This document shows, in pieces, positions 11,042 through 24,370 of a stretch of 64,000 nucleotides of DNA. The translations under genes and the position numbers were made by a program. Source of the stretch: Takakia lepidozioides (taxonomy: Eukaryota > Plantae > Bryophyta); assembly GCA_030704615.1 (NCBI GenBank), contig CM060731.1, forward strand, positions 19,530,001 through 19,594,000, written 5' to 3'. Below the pieces are notes generated by a model, which saw only the letters and a list, made by a program, of their open reading frames with translations, did not search any database and had not been told where the DNA came from. Within the stretch, counting starts at the first letter, position 1, and each line of letters opens with the position of its first letter.

Positions 11042-13772
11042 TTATTTTGAGCTGGGTATCATCTCTCTCTCTTCAGGTGCAGCAGCCACGTTCGTAGACT
11101 CAGTAGGCATTGAAGCAAGCATTGGGAAAGGAGAAATCCCAGTTTGGTCTTTGATGGTGCTAAACAGAGGTGGTATCATTTTAAACAGATCGGCCACAGG
11201 TTGTGCATGCCCATTTTCACCAGCTGCTCCAGTGGTCCAGACAGAAATCTTCGGTTGTAGGCCTTTTACAGCACTTGCGTTGATCTCACCCATTTGCTGA
11301 TACACTTTCTGATCAATCATCAGATAATCATGGAACGCCGCAAAATTGCCGCCAAAGGCCTCGAGCATGTGCTTCACGTATCCAGCTTTTGCTTCAGCAC
11401 CCGCGAAAATACCTGGAAGAACACGAATAATCAGACATCAAGGTAAATGTTTTCTTTGACGACCTCTGATCTACACATGAATTTAGGTTCATGGTTGATG
11501 AGCGGAAGCGGCTCATATCTTATACTTGAGCTCAACTATTTTCTTTAGCTAGCTTCACACCTCAATGCAGATCAGTACATTCATGAAGGAGCCCTGTGTT
11601 GTCCAAGAGATTTTTCGTCGTGTCACATATTTATCCGAAGTACAGCAATCACCTCCCTAAGCAAGTACTGCAGTACCATTAGTGGGATTATCCTCATGTC
11701 TTAATTTCCCATGTAGATGGCCATCATTATTATGCAATTGTAAGATGTATCAAATCTGAATGTTTAATTCCTCTTGCAGGTAACAAGCTCTGTTGAACCT
11801 TCCGCGATGATCTGCTTGGTAGCCAGAGAGATAGAGAGAGCTGACCTTCAGCCTCTTTATGTTTTGCATAGAGAAGGGCATCACTGTTCTTTTGCTGGAG
11901 ATAGAGGGAGGCCTCTGCAGCCTTCTGCTGGGCCTGGGCTTCTATCTGGCTTGAGTACAAAATGGCGTCTGCTTCTTTCTGGCGTTGATAGAATATGGAA
12001 TTAGCCTGCTGCACTGACATCTCGTACTCCACGGTTGCTTGAGCCAGATTCTTGGCTCGCAGCCGCTCCGTCTCAGCGAGCGCCTTCTTCATTTCCAGAG
12101 CCTTCTCTAACTCTGCCTCCCGAATAGCAGCGTTTTTGGCAGCTTCAATTTCAGCAATTTTGGACTGTTGTCCCCATTGAGACTTTCAGGTTGCCAGCTC
12201 AGCGTTGGCTTCTGCTACCTCGGCCTCTCGCTGGTTGGAATATATCTTTGTCTCTGCATCGATCTGCATTGAGCAAATTCTTATGCTCAAAACTTCAGAC
12301 AGTGCGCTCACTCACGGGGGGCCATCGTAATTGTGATCCAACATGTGGTTTGAAGCCACAAACACTGAGGCGGCTTATGCCCTTATCACTACCACTGGGC
12401 CAAATGTTGGTTGTGACCAACTGTTACAACATTGCACTTTTGACTACAAAAATTCAAGAGTGTTCCCTGTGCTCAAAAATTGAAAAATCTGGGAAATTTT
12501 GAGGCAGAGGCATTTTCCTTGTAGGTGGTGCCTTCCAAATGTGGGAGGTACTTCCCACGGGGGAATCTTCCGGCCTCCAGCCGGGAGGTTTGTTGAATTA
12601 CATTGGGAAACATTTCATTTAAGCCCATCATGGGGTTTCAGATTGGTTTTTTGCTAATCTTCTTACCTCCATCTGGTGGCTACCCTCTTCTTGATCAAAG
12701 GGTGATATCCACCCTCTTGATGTGTGCCAGCAACCGACATGCAACAGGGGTCCACAACCTGCCATTGCAGGTAGCCTTGTAGGTAGGGAGGCTACAGCCG
12801 TTAGCCGGGCTCCAGATCACAGTTGGTGTACAGTGAGTGAATTCAGCATCTCGAAAGTGAGCTACATATTGTTGCATGGCATCAGTACCTTGAGTTCTTG
12901 CTGACGGGCTGCACCGGTTTGTTGGTGTCAGCATCTACTTTAGCAGCACTCATCAGTGTCTGACCCAGTTTCTCCTTTTCTCCTGTATTCCCTCTAAATT
13001 TGGCTTCAGCCACATCAACCTTAGCTTGGTTTGTGGCCCCTTGTTGAATCTTTTGTCCCAAGAAAGAGAAGTATTCATGCCCCGCGACATCGACGAGCTG
13101 CTTAACATTGGCATTGTAAATATGCAGACCAAATTGATTCAGCTCCAGTTGAACCTGAAGTATGCATCATGGTCAGTTTCTAGCAGCTATTTTAATTGAG
13201 GGGAAAGGAATGAGAATCTCTCGTAGTTGGACTGGATCAAGCTCGATGCAAATTATATGTTCTGACTATAAAGAAAGATGATGAAGACAAACTTGGAGAC
13301 AATCGTGGGCGTCTGGATATCGCATAATAACATTTGACTCGCAAGTTTACATGGAAGATCCATCTCTTCACTTGTACCTTATCAAAAACCTCCTGCTTGA
13401 ATTCTTTTGTACCCCTGAAAATTTGCTCCATGGTCATGCCAGCCGCGAGCACTCTTGTCTCCTCAACGAGGCCTTTAACAGTGGCGGTGACATGTTCGCT
13501 GTTTTTATCGTGTCCTAACATAAGCTTAGCATACGTATACAGAAACTCTTCCTCATCTTTAGGACCAATAGTGAAAACCGCAGGAAGTATGAAGGGCAAC
13601 TTCTCAGAGCTCATGGCATGTACGTCGAAGGAGTAGTTCGCGGGGCTGATATAAAAAACGCTGCATTTCTGACCCGTAGAATCCAACCCTTCTTAACCAG
13701 CTTGATGTCTTTGATGCCATAGCCAGTGATCACAAGATATTGTGACGGGTTCGCAACACGATACCACCCCAT
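11042..13772 (-). pseudogene. FLOT: Flotillin-like (SPFH/Band 7) gene, disrupted
   Basis: Exons about 13772-13378, 13154-12889, 12263-11846, 11412-11042. Motifs: [68 protein letters not shown]. Lesions: -1 frameshifts in exons 1 and 2, in-frame TGA at 12186-12188, and a missing Gly in (I/V)EGETR. Confidence 0.88.
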
Positions 13773-13999
13773 CTCAAGCGTGGAAAGTCGGAGCTTTCAG
13801 AATATCGAGTGTAATTACCTGTAACACACATAACACGTGTAAGAAGTCAGTTTTCTATGCTCCTGCAGGCATAAGGAAAATAGGTACACTGAAACCAGAT
13901 CTAATGGTTCGACTTTGTTCGACTGGAGCTCGGATGGTTCTGAGATGGTTGGCATCCATATATACAAGCTGTTGGCTCTTTCATTTTGGCTCATGACAC

Positions 14000-14551
14000 A
14001 AACTTGACCAGATATCTCATTTGGTGTTTGGTTCAGTGAGCAAATTCATGGCCAATCCCGGTTCTCTTCATCGGCAAACTGTCAAAAGGATCATTCGTTA
14101 TCCGAAGAAGACGAAGGACTACGTTCTTACATTCAGTGGGTGTTTGCAAGGCGACAAAACAATTTGTGTTGAGGGTTATAGTGATGCCGACTTTGGTGGT
14201 GACCTTGATGAGAGATTAAAGTGAACTTCAGGATACTCATTTCTCTTGGCAAACGGGGCTGTAAGCTGGAACTCGAAGAAGCAAAAGGTGGTGGCCATAT
14301 CAACTACAGAAGCGGAGTGTATTGGACTTACTCAGGCTACTAAAGAAGCTTCAAGTGGATGAGAAAACTACTAGCTGATTTTGGGTTTGAGCAAAGTCTA
14401 CCTAAGACGTGTTTGCTCAAGCAAGGAATCCTGCAGATCATTCACGGATGAAACATATTGATGTTCAATATCATTTTATCCATGTGATCACATAGGATTA
14501 AAGACAATATCGAATTGGTACATCTTTGTCCCTCCAATCAAATGGTTGCGG
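14000..14551 (+). mobile_element. Older Ty1/Copia remnant (RT end and RNase H), left part, interrupted by the nested Copia
   Basis: VSKFMANPG..H...VKRIIRY, GYSDADFGGD, SWNSKKQ.VVA.STTEAE, KHIDVQYHF, CPSNQMVA; contains stops and frameshifts. Confidence 0.85.
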
Positions 14552-14886
14552 TGTTGAAATGCATGCTACAAAAACGATTAACAAATAATGCACTCATATG
14601 CATGAGCTTTGTCTTTTGCTTAAGATCAATCGTAGAAGCACACTAGTGCATTACATGTTCAACAAGAAGACAACATCACTACGCTAATCTACAGACTATG
14701 TAGATCCCCACAGCAGAGCATGGAGGGAAAAATCCCCGTTCAAAATAGGTGGTCCAAGTAAAAGACAAGTGTCACTAGCTAAGTCATCTACTTGGACAGC
14801 CTGGACATATATCATGGAGTAAACACTAACACTAATCCTGAGATTAATGTACTTGAATAACACTATGCCAGTGTAAATTCTCAACA
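14552..14886 (-). repeat. Copia 3' LTR (335 bp), with polypurine tract AGTGAGTGGGAG adjacent at about 14887-14898
   Basis: TGTTG...CAACA. Differs from 19258-19588 by about 3 substitutions and one 4-bp duplication. Confidence 0.95.
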
Positions 14887-17800
14887 CTCCCACTCACTCA
14901 CTGGCTGCATGTGTTCATTGCAAGTAGAAATAAACTATCTCCTATACTCCCACTCAGTGTCTGCATACTCCCACTCAGTGTCTGCAGACAATGTTCAAGA
15001 GGCTGCGAAGACGATGAAACTTATCCGCTGGAAGTGGTTTTGTGAGAATATCGGCAAGCTGGTCAAGGGTATTGACATAGCTCATCTGAATGTCTCCCCG
15101 ACCATGGAAATCTCGTAGCATATGGTACTGCACATCGATGTGCTTAGTACGACGATGAAATTCAGGATTCTGCATAAGACGTATAGCACTCTGATTGTCA
15201 CTGTGCAACACCGTGGGGCTATCCTGCTGATACCCCATGTCCTGAAGAAGTCTACAAATCCAAACAACCTCTTTTGCCGTTAAACAGGCTGCAACATACT
15301 CTGATTCGGTAGTGGATGATGCTGTACAAGCTTGCTTTCTACTAATCCAGGAAATTGGTCCATGGTTGAGAAAAATGATGCACCCACTCCGGGACTTCCT
15401 GTCATCACTATCTCCAGCATAATCAGCATCTGCGTATGCAGAAAGAGTATTTGATCCTTCTCCTCCTGTGTAACATAGAGAGTAGTTTGCAGAGCCGCGA
15501 AGGTATTTAAAAATACGCTTGACGGCTGTACAATGAATCCGTGTAGGATTTTGTGCAAACTTTGCAACTGTACTGACTGCATAGGCTATGTCAGGCCTCG
15601 ATCCAAGCATAGCAAACATCAGGCTACCAACTGCAGCTTGATAGGGAAAATCTTCTTCTCTCTCTGCAGTATCGTTGTCTCAGGGAAACTGTAAGTGCAC
15701 ATTAGGGTCAGCCGGTGTTGATATAGGATGTGCATCTGTAAAGCCGAACTTGGCTAAAATCTTTAGAATGTAGTGTAGTTGATCGATGTAGATCATCCTC
15801 AGTTCCCTGTTGCGTGTGATGTGAAGCCCAACGTAACAATCTGCATCTCCTGTTGTTACCTCAAAAACTTGGTTCAAATAGTCAACCATGTCTATGAGTT
15901 CATTTTTGTCTGCTGCACTCCCTAGCCCATCATCTACAAATATTGCTGTGACAAGCTTAGGAGGATTGGGACGATAGTAGATGCATGAATCGACTTGCCT
16001 GTAATCCATATTTCACCAGGAAATTATCGAACTTCGTATTCCACGCTCGAGATGCTTTTTTTAACCCATACAAACTCTTAAGTAACTTGCACACTTTAGT
16101 TTCCTGGCCAGGTACCAAGAATCCTTCAGGTTGCTCCATGAATATCTCCTCCTTCAGATCTCCATGCAAGAAAGCAGTCTTTATGTCGAACTGCACTACA
16201 TCCAAATCATCTGATGCTATTATGGACAGCAGGGTCCTGATGGAATCGTACTTTGCCACGGGGGCAAAAGTCTCGTCGTAATCCACCCCATACTGTTGTG
16301 AATAACCCTTTGCCACAACACGAGCCTTGAACTTATCAACAGTTCCATCTGACTTGGATTTGATTTTAAATACCCACTTGCACTTGATAGCAGCTCTCCC
16401 TTCCGGTAGGTTTTCCAATTTCCAAGTAGAATTCTTGAGCAGTGACTGGAATTCGTCATTCATGGCGGCTTGCCATTTCTTCCTCTCCGTAAGTCATTGG
16501 TTCATCAGGAAGGGGAACAAAATTCGTCGTTCCTGCGAAGGATGGGTGATTGCTGATCCAGTCACCATATCTTTGTGGTGGATTTCGAGGTCGACTTGCA
16601 ACTTCTGTACACAGCTTCTGTACGTTCTTCGACACCTTCCAAGACTACCTCAAGTCCATGTATAGGTACCATCGGTGCTTGCATATTTTCTTCCGCCAAT
16701 ACAATACTGTCAGGGTCCAGTAAGAACATGTTCATCATGCTCGTCATGCTCACGCTCTTCACACATTGATCATCATGAATCTCTGGTATAATAACACTTG
16801 ATCCTTCAGCAGCAGACTCTTGTTCATGTAGTACCTCTGGGATTGACATTTCGTCAAACAAGACATCTCTAGTAACTACAATCTTCTTGTGCTCAATGTC
16901 CCATAGTCGATACGTGAACAAGAATTCACATACACTGCAGTATGAACAGCTTCTGCCCAAAGCTTAGGGTCTACATTTTTTGAAAGCATCATACATCTCA
17001 CACTCTCCACAATTGTTCTATTGTCCCTTTCTACTACGCCATTTTGCTCTGGTGTGTAGGGAGCAGTGAGTTCCTGTCGTATCCCATGCTCTTCCAGAAG
17101 TGCTTTGAGTTTGTTTGACATAAACTCTCCGCCTCTATCACTTCGTAGCTTCTTTATGTCATTTCCAGTCTCTCTCTTAGACTCTGTAATCAGCTGCTTG
17201 AAAGATTCATACTTTGTAACTGCTATGATCATCTTTGAAGAGTACGAAGTGCCTTGCTCCTCCTAGAGAATTGAGGTTCATCGTGCACACGTAAGCATGA
17301 TAAAACTCTCCCGGTACCTGAGATTTTTTTCTGGTTTGGTTCACCGGAAATGGTTGGCGATGAATCTTTCCTAACGCACAGCCTTCGCAGAAAGGAAGTT
17401 GAGACTCTGCATCACTTATCAGCATACCTCCCACTACTTGTGATTTTGCCATTTCTTTAATCATCCCTTCACTGATATGTCCAAGGCGGTCATGCCAAAC
17501 CTTCAAAGAAACTCCTCTTCTCGCCACAGCCAGATTTGCTACAGTCTCCATAGCCAGATCTGCTTCACTGTTTGGAACTACTACTTTGACTCGTAGTTTC
17601 CAGAGATTTCCTTCCCTGAGTCCTTCCAAGACAAGCGCTCCATGTCCTTCACTTGCAAAAAGCTTAAAAGTAGTTTTGCTGAGAAGAGCAATCATGTCTT
17701 TATCAACTGCTTTTGCTAGTGAAAAGAGGTTTCTCCTGAGGTCTGGGATGTAAAGAACATCTTTAATAGTTCCTTTCCTCCACTCACCATCATTCACCAG

Positions 17801-19243
17801 TGAGAGAACTTCAATGTCTCCAATGCCTTCAGCCCATACTACAAGATTTGTAGCAACTTGTACACCCTAGCGCTTATCTTCAATCTTTCTGAGATTTTTG
17901 AACCAAAACCTTTTGTTCGTCATGTGCTCAGAAGCAGCACTGTCACAATACCATGCATCATCTTCGAGATGTACACTTTGTTTGGCAACATTGTTTGTCA
18001 CATATGCACCACTCATTTGAGGGACTCCTCCCACTGCTTCTATGAATACGCTCTCTGTAGCATAGACATCGCTTATCTTCAGGATTTCTGCCACGTTTGC
18101 TGTACTGACAAATCCTTTCTCAGTGTTTGCTGCACCATTTAATGGACATTCAGAATCTTTTTCCCAATGTCCCTGCAGATGACACTTATTGCAGCGAGTT
18201 CTCTTCTTCAACTAGGCAATCCTCTCTGCTCTTTCTTTCTTTCTGGGAGATTTCACTGTTTATTCAGTGGAACCCAAACTCTCACTGATGTCTTTCACTA
18301 TGAGGATCAAAGATGCGTGGAAGCCTACTTACCGAGGCCTTTCACCCTTAGACAACGCGAGAAGAACATTAATTGTGGTTTCTGGATTTGTTCCTCTCTC
18401 ATGTTTCTTCCATTTTGTCCCATAAGCTCTACGAGCTTTCCGCGGACGTTATAAAGCACCATTTCATTTCATTTCATTTCTTCTGTTCCCTTGTCCACAT
18501 GCCCCTTGTCCTCTGCTAGAGGTAACACTCTTGCCTCCAAGGTTCCTTGTAAAGAAAGCCTTGTCAATAGCATGATCATTTCCTCCTCTTGCTTTTCTCA
18601 AGGCCTCCTTCTTGAGCAATCTTGCTTGCAGATTGTTTAATGTCTTTTCAGCCATTGGAACACTGTCCCAGGCATCAAGAACATTTTCATAGCTAGGCGG
18701 TAGGGTACATATTTTCGCCATCACTGCTGACTGTGGAATTTTCTCTCCTAGATCTGCGAGCTGTCTCACCATCATCTCAATGTTACTAAAGTAACTTGCT
18801 ATGCTATCACCCTCCTCCATGTGGAGATGATACAACTTGCTTTGGAGTACATGCACATTCCCACTGGCATTCTGCTCGTGTATTGCGATCAACTTTGACC
18901 ACATTTCAATCGAAGATTTGAAGAATTGCAGCTAACTAGTTGCTGTAGATGTTTCTTATCAACCGCCTGCACTATATACATGCTAGCTATGCTATCTTTG
19001 TCATCCCACGCTTCCTTGTCTTTGGCTGTCTCTCTTGATTCCTGTCCGCTCACTAACATCCATAGTTTCTTGGCTTTGAACATAATCTGCATTTGGAACT
19101 TCCATAAAGAGAAGTTGTCACCGGTGAACTTCTCAACATTTGCAATATCCTTGGAAACAACTGATACACTCATGTTGTCTGTTATTCTTAATCTATTCTA
19201 GAAATACAGAAAACACAAACTCTAACCCAGCGACTTGCTAGGA

Positions 19244-19257
19244 GTGGGCCCATAATC
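19244..19257 (-). promoter_or_regulatory. Primer binding site GATTATGGGCCCA (internal half-tRNA-iMet type)
   Basis: Lies immediately inside the 5' LTR and resembles the GGTTATGGGCCCAG PBS of copia/Osser/Bryco-type elements. Confidence 0.75.
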
Positions 19258-19588
19258 TGTTGAAATGCTACAAAAACGATTAACAAATAATGCACTCATA
19301 TGCATGAGCTTTGTCTTTTGCTTAAGATCAATCGTAGAAGCACACTAGTGCATTACATGTTCAACAAGAAGACAACATCACTACGCTAATCTACAGACTA
19401 TGTAGATCCCCACAACAGAGCATGGAGGGAAAAATCCCCGTTCAAAATAGGTGGTCCAAGTAAAAGACAAGTGTCACTAGCTAAGTCATCTACTTGGACA
19501 GCCTGGACATATATCAGGGAGTAAACACTAACACTAATCCTGAGATTAATCTACTTGAATAACACTATGCCAGTGTAAATTCTCAACA
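19258..19588 (-). repeat. Copia 5' LTR (331 bp)
   Basis: Near-identical to 14552-14886. Confidence 0.95.
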
Positions 19589-20172
19589 GATATCACTAAA
19601 CCTCTTCGACGACAAAGCTTCGAGTATTGCAGAGACAAATTGGGCCTCAGAACGACTAGTTGCTGAGTGGGAGTGTTGACATGTGGATTTCCAACACATT
19701 AGTAGTTTAGCATGTTTATATGTTCGACTTTCTATTTCCAAGTGAGTGAGTCACCTGGTTGATCTTCAAGTGAAGCATCGACTCAAGTTAGTCCTGTCAA
19801 ACTTTCCCTAGCTGTAGTGCATTCAATACGAAACACCTGTACATTGGTTACAAGTAGTAGAAACTGCAGTACCGACTCTAGAGCTCTGGCATATAAGTTA
19901 GATTTCCTTCAGCAATAAAAATCTAACTTTTGTAGTTGAGGACATCATGACAATTAGGTTGATTGTCTCTAGTCTTGAAAGCTCATTGGGATTTTTCATG
20001 GAGCTTTGAAGTCTCGAGTTACAGAGCAAATAGAAAAGCTTATGCCCAAATTTTCGCAATACTGCTGTCATTATTTGAGTTTGTCTTTTTATGCTGGAAG
20101 TTGATATTCCAATCGAGATGACTTCTCGTAATGTCCCGGATTCTAGTGCACCACCGGTGAAAATTCTCAACA
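19589..20172 (+). mobile_element. Older Copia remnant, right part: RNase H end, PPT and start of 3' LTR (LTR end uncertain)
   Basis: DITKPLRRQSFEYCRDKLGL continues the RNase H cut at 14551. GAGTGGGAG is followed by TGTTG at 19674. A candidate LTR end TCAACA lies at 20172. Confidence 0.7.
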
Positions 20173-20284
20173 TTTATCTAGATTAGTAAATTCGCCCGAC
20201 TTTCTAATCAGTCTCTCCAACTCAAATAAGACCTTTGTCTAAGATGTCCTTCAGAATGTTTTTCCTGAATACAGACTGATGAAG

Positions 20285-21207
20285 AGAAAAGAATATATTC
20301 CAACCAGCGAGAGGCCGAGGTAGCAGAAGCCAATGCCCAGCTGAAAGTCTAAATGGGGACAACAATACTTCCCATATTAAGGTCCAAGCTACTTTTAGCC
20401 TTAAGGTACTTGTAGTGCGAAGTCCTTGCATGGCCCAATAAATAAATTAGGATGACGGCCACATTGAGTCAGCTCCATACCGGGGTACTTGCACTAGCTC
20501 CAATGTACGTGTGACACGAAGAAATGTTGATTGTCTAGACAACACAAGGCTCCTTCACTCTGATATGGAGAACACTGATCTGCATCAACTAAATTGGTTG
20601 AACTCATGTGGAATTAAAACTCTTGGGCTCCAAACATCAATATTCACAGCTAAGAATTTAATTAGGATCTAACGATCGGTCATGAGAGCGGACTGATCCG
20701 GCCAAAGCTAGCGTAAATATGAGCCGCTTCCCCTCATCGATACCTTAATTCACTCGCATCGAGGTCGTCAAATAAGATACTCAAGACCTTTGAAGATTCG
20801 TATTATTGGAGGGGGCTGTTGATGAATCGCAATCTGGGTACCCGATGCTTGAGGCCTTTGGCGACAACGTGGAACGAGTGTGGGCGCATTCCATGATTAT
20901 CTGCAGATCATTGTTAGAAGTCTATCAGCAATGGACCAGATCATCGAGAGATCATCGCAAGTGTAACTTGGACTGCAAACAGACGATTTCTGTTTGGACC
21001 ACTACAGCATCTAATGAAAACGGACACATGCATGCACAGCCTGTGGCAAATCTCTTGAATATGATACCACCCCTATTTAGCACCATCAAAGACCAAACGG
21101 GGATTTCTGATCCTCTCCCAATGCTTGCTTCAATGCCTACCGAGTCTGTGAACAGGGCTGCTGCACCTGAAGTAGCAAAGAAAGAGATGATACCCAGTTC
21201 AAAGTAA
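20285..21207 (+). pseudogene. Partial, degenerate inverted copy of the flotillin 3' half
   Basis: IYSNQREAEVAEANA at about 20295-20340 and ...ISVWTT..NMIPPLFSTIKDQTGIS..MIPSSK at about 20985-21207. Intron remnants resemble 11450-11620. Confidence 0.85.
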
Positions 21208-24200
21208 AAGCCTCTTCTCAATTGCAGATGTCTTTCTAAGTTCATGTGGGCTATGCAGGAAACCTGAGAGTTGGTTCCCTGCATATTCTTGAGTACTGTT
21301 GAGATCGATAGGAAGATTTGGATTGAACACCTTAATTAACTTCAGGTGCAATTCACACCAAATACGTCACTACCCCTGTGGTTACGGCATACTACGGAAC
21401 TTAATCACTAGTGGGTTGTGAGTTTAAAACCACATATGTGTGTTGGATGTTGTAAAGGTGTCCACCTTCCCATTAGAAGGCAATAGCCCTTGGGTCAACT
21501 GACAGGTCATAAGTTACGGATTGCTTGGGCAAGAGTCCACATTTTTCCTTAACACCAGATACGAAATAGTGTCAAGAAACAAAGCATCTGTAACTGTTCT
21601 TCTCATTGATTTTATCCTATTCATATGAATAAACCATTGCGCGTTAGTGATCTGTTCGGTATCTCCTCTACTAAAGTGTCCAGTTTGTCTCCATTTTGTC
21701 ATTCGCTTCTTTGTTGTTGCCCTTGTGATCATTGCAGTGACATTCTCACTACCGCTCAAAATTCTACGTTTTGGATACAAGGGGAGATATCAAACGTTCG
21801 TTCCAAATGTGAGTACGCACGCACATACGCATACACAGACCAGACCACGAAGATATTGACAGAAAAAAGACTTGTTTTATGAATACAAGGGGATGATCTT
21901 TCAAAATGTGAGTATGCATACACAGATTGAACATCTGTCCAGTAGAAACGGGTCGTGGATAGACCTGTGTCCACCACACAGAAGCTCCAATGGATCAGAA
22001 TGGATAAATGTTCGGATGTATTGGCACTCCTAGACACCGGATTCCATGAACTCGTTGAATCGATTTTTTCTAGCTGTGATATTAGACTCGACATCCTTGC
22101 AATTGATGCGTACTCGCAACATCATAGAGACCATTTGAATTTCTTCAAATCATTTTGATGTACAAGTTTCTAGTTTTTGCTGGAAATAAGGTTCCCTAAT
22201 AGCTCTCGTAATCGCCCCAAAACTGCCATGAGGTCCAAAACATGACCACACAGCGTCCATGCAACTGCCTTATGATGATGTCAACTCACTGCTTGGTATA
22301 ATCAAGTACCAAATAGAGCCCCCACAACCGGCGACCAGTATCTAGTAGCTTGCTATTGAAGAGCTCTTATTGACGCTGCTTAATTAGGGGCCGGAGTTCT
22401 CTCTCTAATCTTACATATGACCCACTGTGACGCAGCATCATGAGGACGGTGAGCACCATCACAATCACCTGCAACAGCCGGGAAACTGCACCCTTGTCAA
22501 ACCGTTCATTTCAGAACCCTTTGACATAAGTCCCAACCCTGCGATGCTGATCTACTTAAGACCATAGCATACAACTCTCATCCCCTCACAAACTACAAGA
22601 CGTAATTCAATTTCTTTCGCGATGTGTCTGTTCCTCTGCCTCAGAAACAACATATAATTAGTACGTAGGGGCGATGCAACACGAAGCAATGAAAGATGAG
22701 CAGTCGTCTTTCAAATGCCTTGCAGAAGACGACGTCAATATACTTAGGGAAAACAAACTAAGAGGAAAAAATTGGCATTGATTTCCAACAAACCTGATAC
22801 TGGTCACTCAACCAACATGCACTGAGCTGGTAGACCTACATGATACCACGGCTAAGCAGCAAACCTTTATCAATTAAGTAATCAGGGTCACTTTCACTTG
22901 GTTTACTAGCTAGTGAGAACCCTTGAAGGTGAAGTGGCGCACATACAGTGGTTTGCATGGCCAGAGCTTTACAATGGGTTTTTGAACCTTTACACAAGGG
23001 AAAGAAAGCACATTAATCAACACACAAAAATCAGCCCGGCAGAGTTTGTTGAACTCACATATTTAGCTGACTGTTCAAACCAATGGCTACCAACCGCGCC
23101 CGAGCTATCGTGCTGCCTGAGCACTCCTTACACGGATAAGCCACAAGCAACCTATTTTGAAATTAATTAGAAAGATTGGGCTTCTACTTACACACAAATA
23201 GACTCATTTTAGATCCCGTTCAAATCCAGTCTTTGAATACACATCCTGTGTTAATCCAGCAGAACATCTCTCTATAGACCTAGATAAACCACTACTGGTG
23301 CGTCCTGAATCCTTCGGGCAGAGTGACGATTAACTGCATACCACCAAGATATAACACATCTCCATGAGTGGGCTTTTAGCCAGAATCGGACACAGCATAG
23401 TGTATGGTAATTCCATGGTGCAAACCTGTAGGATACCTAGAACACATGATCCTTCAATTCCTCGTGAGATACTGTACATGTATGTAGGTCAGAACTCGGT
23501 CAGAAAGGCCCTGGCCGATCGAAGCAGATTAATTTAGGCAGGCCATCACTTGGTGATAGGGTCAGTACTCTAGTGAGTGGAGCTGACAATTAGTGTGCAA
23601 GAATTAGCTGGTATTTTCCTCTGCAATAAAGATGGAAGCACATTGTTAATCTCTTTACGTCGAATTATCACCAAATGATTGTCATGAGATGAACCCTTCG
23701 TCACTTGAAGTCTCTCCTCCTGGCCAATAGCTCCTGCTAATTCCAACCAACTGCTCACTTTCTCTCGACCTCTGCCTCAACCTGATCTTATAAGATGAAA
23801 GTGGGAGTACACATGAAGCTAGCGCTCTTCTTTCCTGTACTGCGTGCAAACCATTCCACTGCATAAACACATTACTGTTTAAAAGAGGATTGCTCATTTA
23901 CTGAGAGTTCTGCTTAAAAAGCTTTTTCGTCCGCAGATTATTTAACATGCACATGTGTTCGGGAAACAGGAGACCCGGTCAAAACCTAGCATACACCAAC
24001 CTGGAAAGGAGGTTAATTCAAATAGAGACCTTTTTCCAGCTCGGAATATTCCAGCAACGGGAGTCTATTGAACTTTCCTCAGCAGGTATGTGCGGACACA
24101 GACTTGTAACAACTGAGCGAGCTAGAGAAAGTTCGATAAACTGGAGGATCTACTTAATCTGTGGGGACCTCCAAGAAGTTCTCATTTGCTCGGTTTTCCA

Positions 24201-24370
24201 AGTTGCAAGTTCGGCATTGAAAGTCTGCCACTCCGTACAAATGAACATCATCAAAAAAGAATGTATAGCTCTTGAAAGTCTGAGAGGGTGATGATGCAAA
24301 AACTGCTGCTGTAAGACGCCTGCATGCATCCCCTTTCGATTACAAAACTGGTTCGACGTGGTAGGCAAGC

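Larger units (their letters stand above)
14552..19588 (-). mobile_element. Full-length Ty1/Copia LTR retrotransposon with a disrupted gag-pol
   Basis: Two TG..CA LTRs. Gag (18889-19173, 18464-18904), CCHC knuckle CNKC..GHW..C, protease DSAAS, GAG-pre-integrase WHDRLGH, integrase SDRGGEF/EQNG, RT (KARVVAKG, IFVDD), RNase H (YADAD, TKHIDV, ADILTK). Confidence 0.96.
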
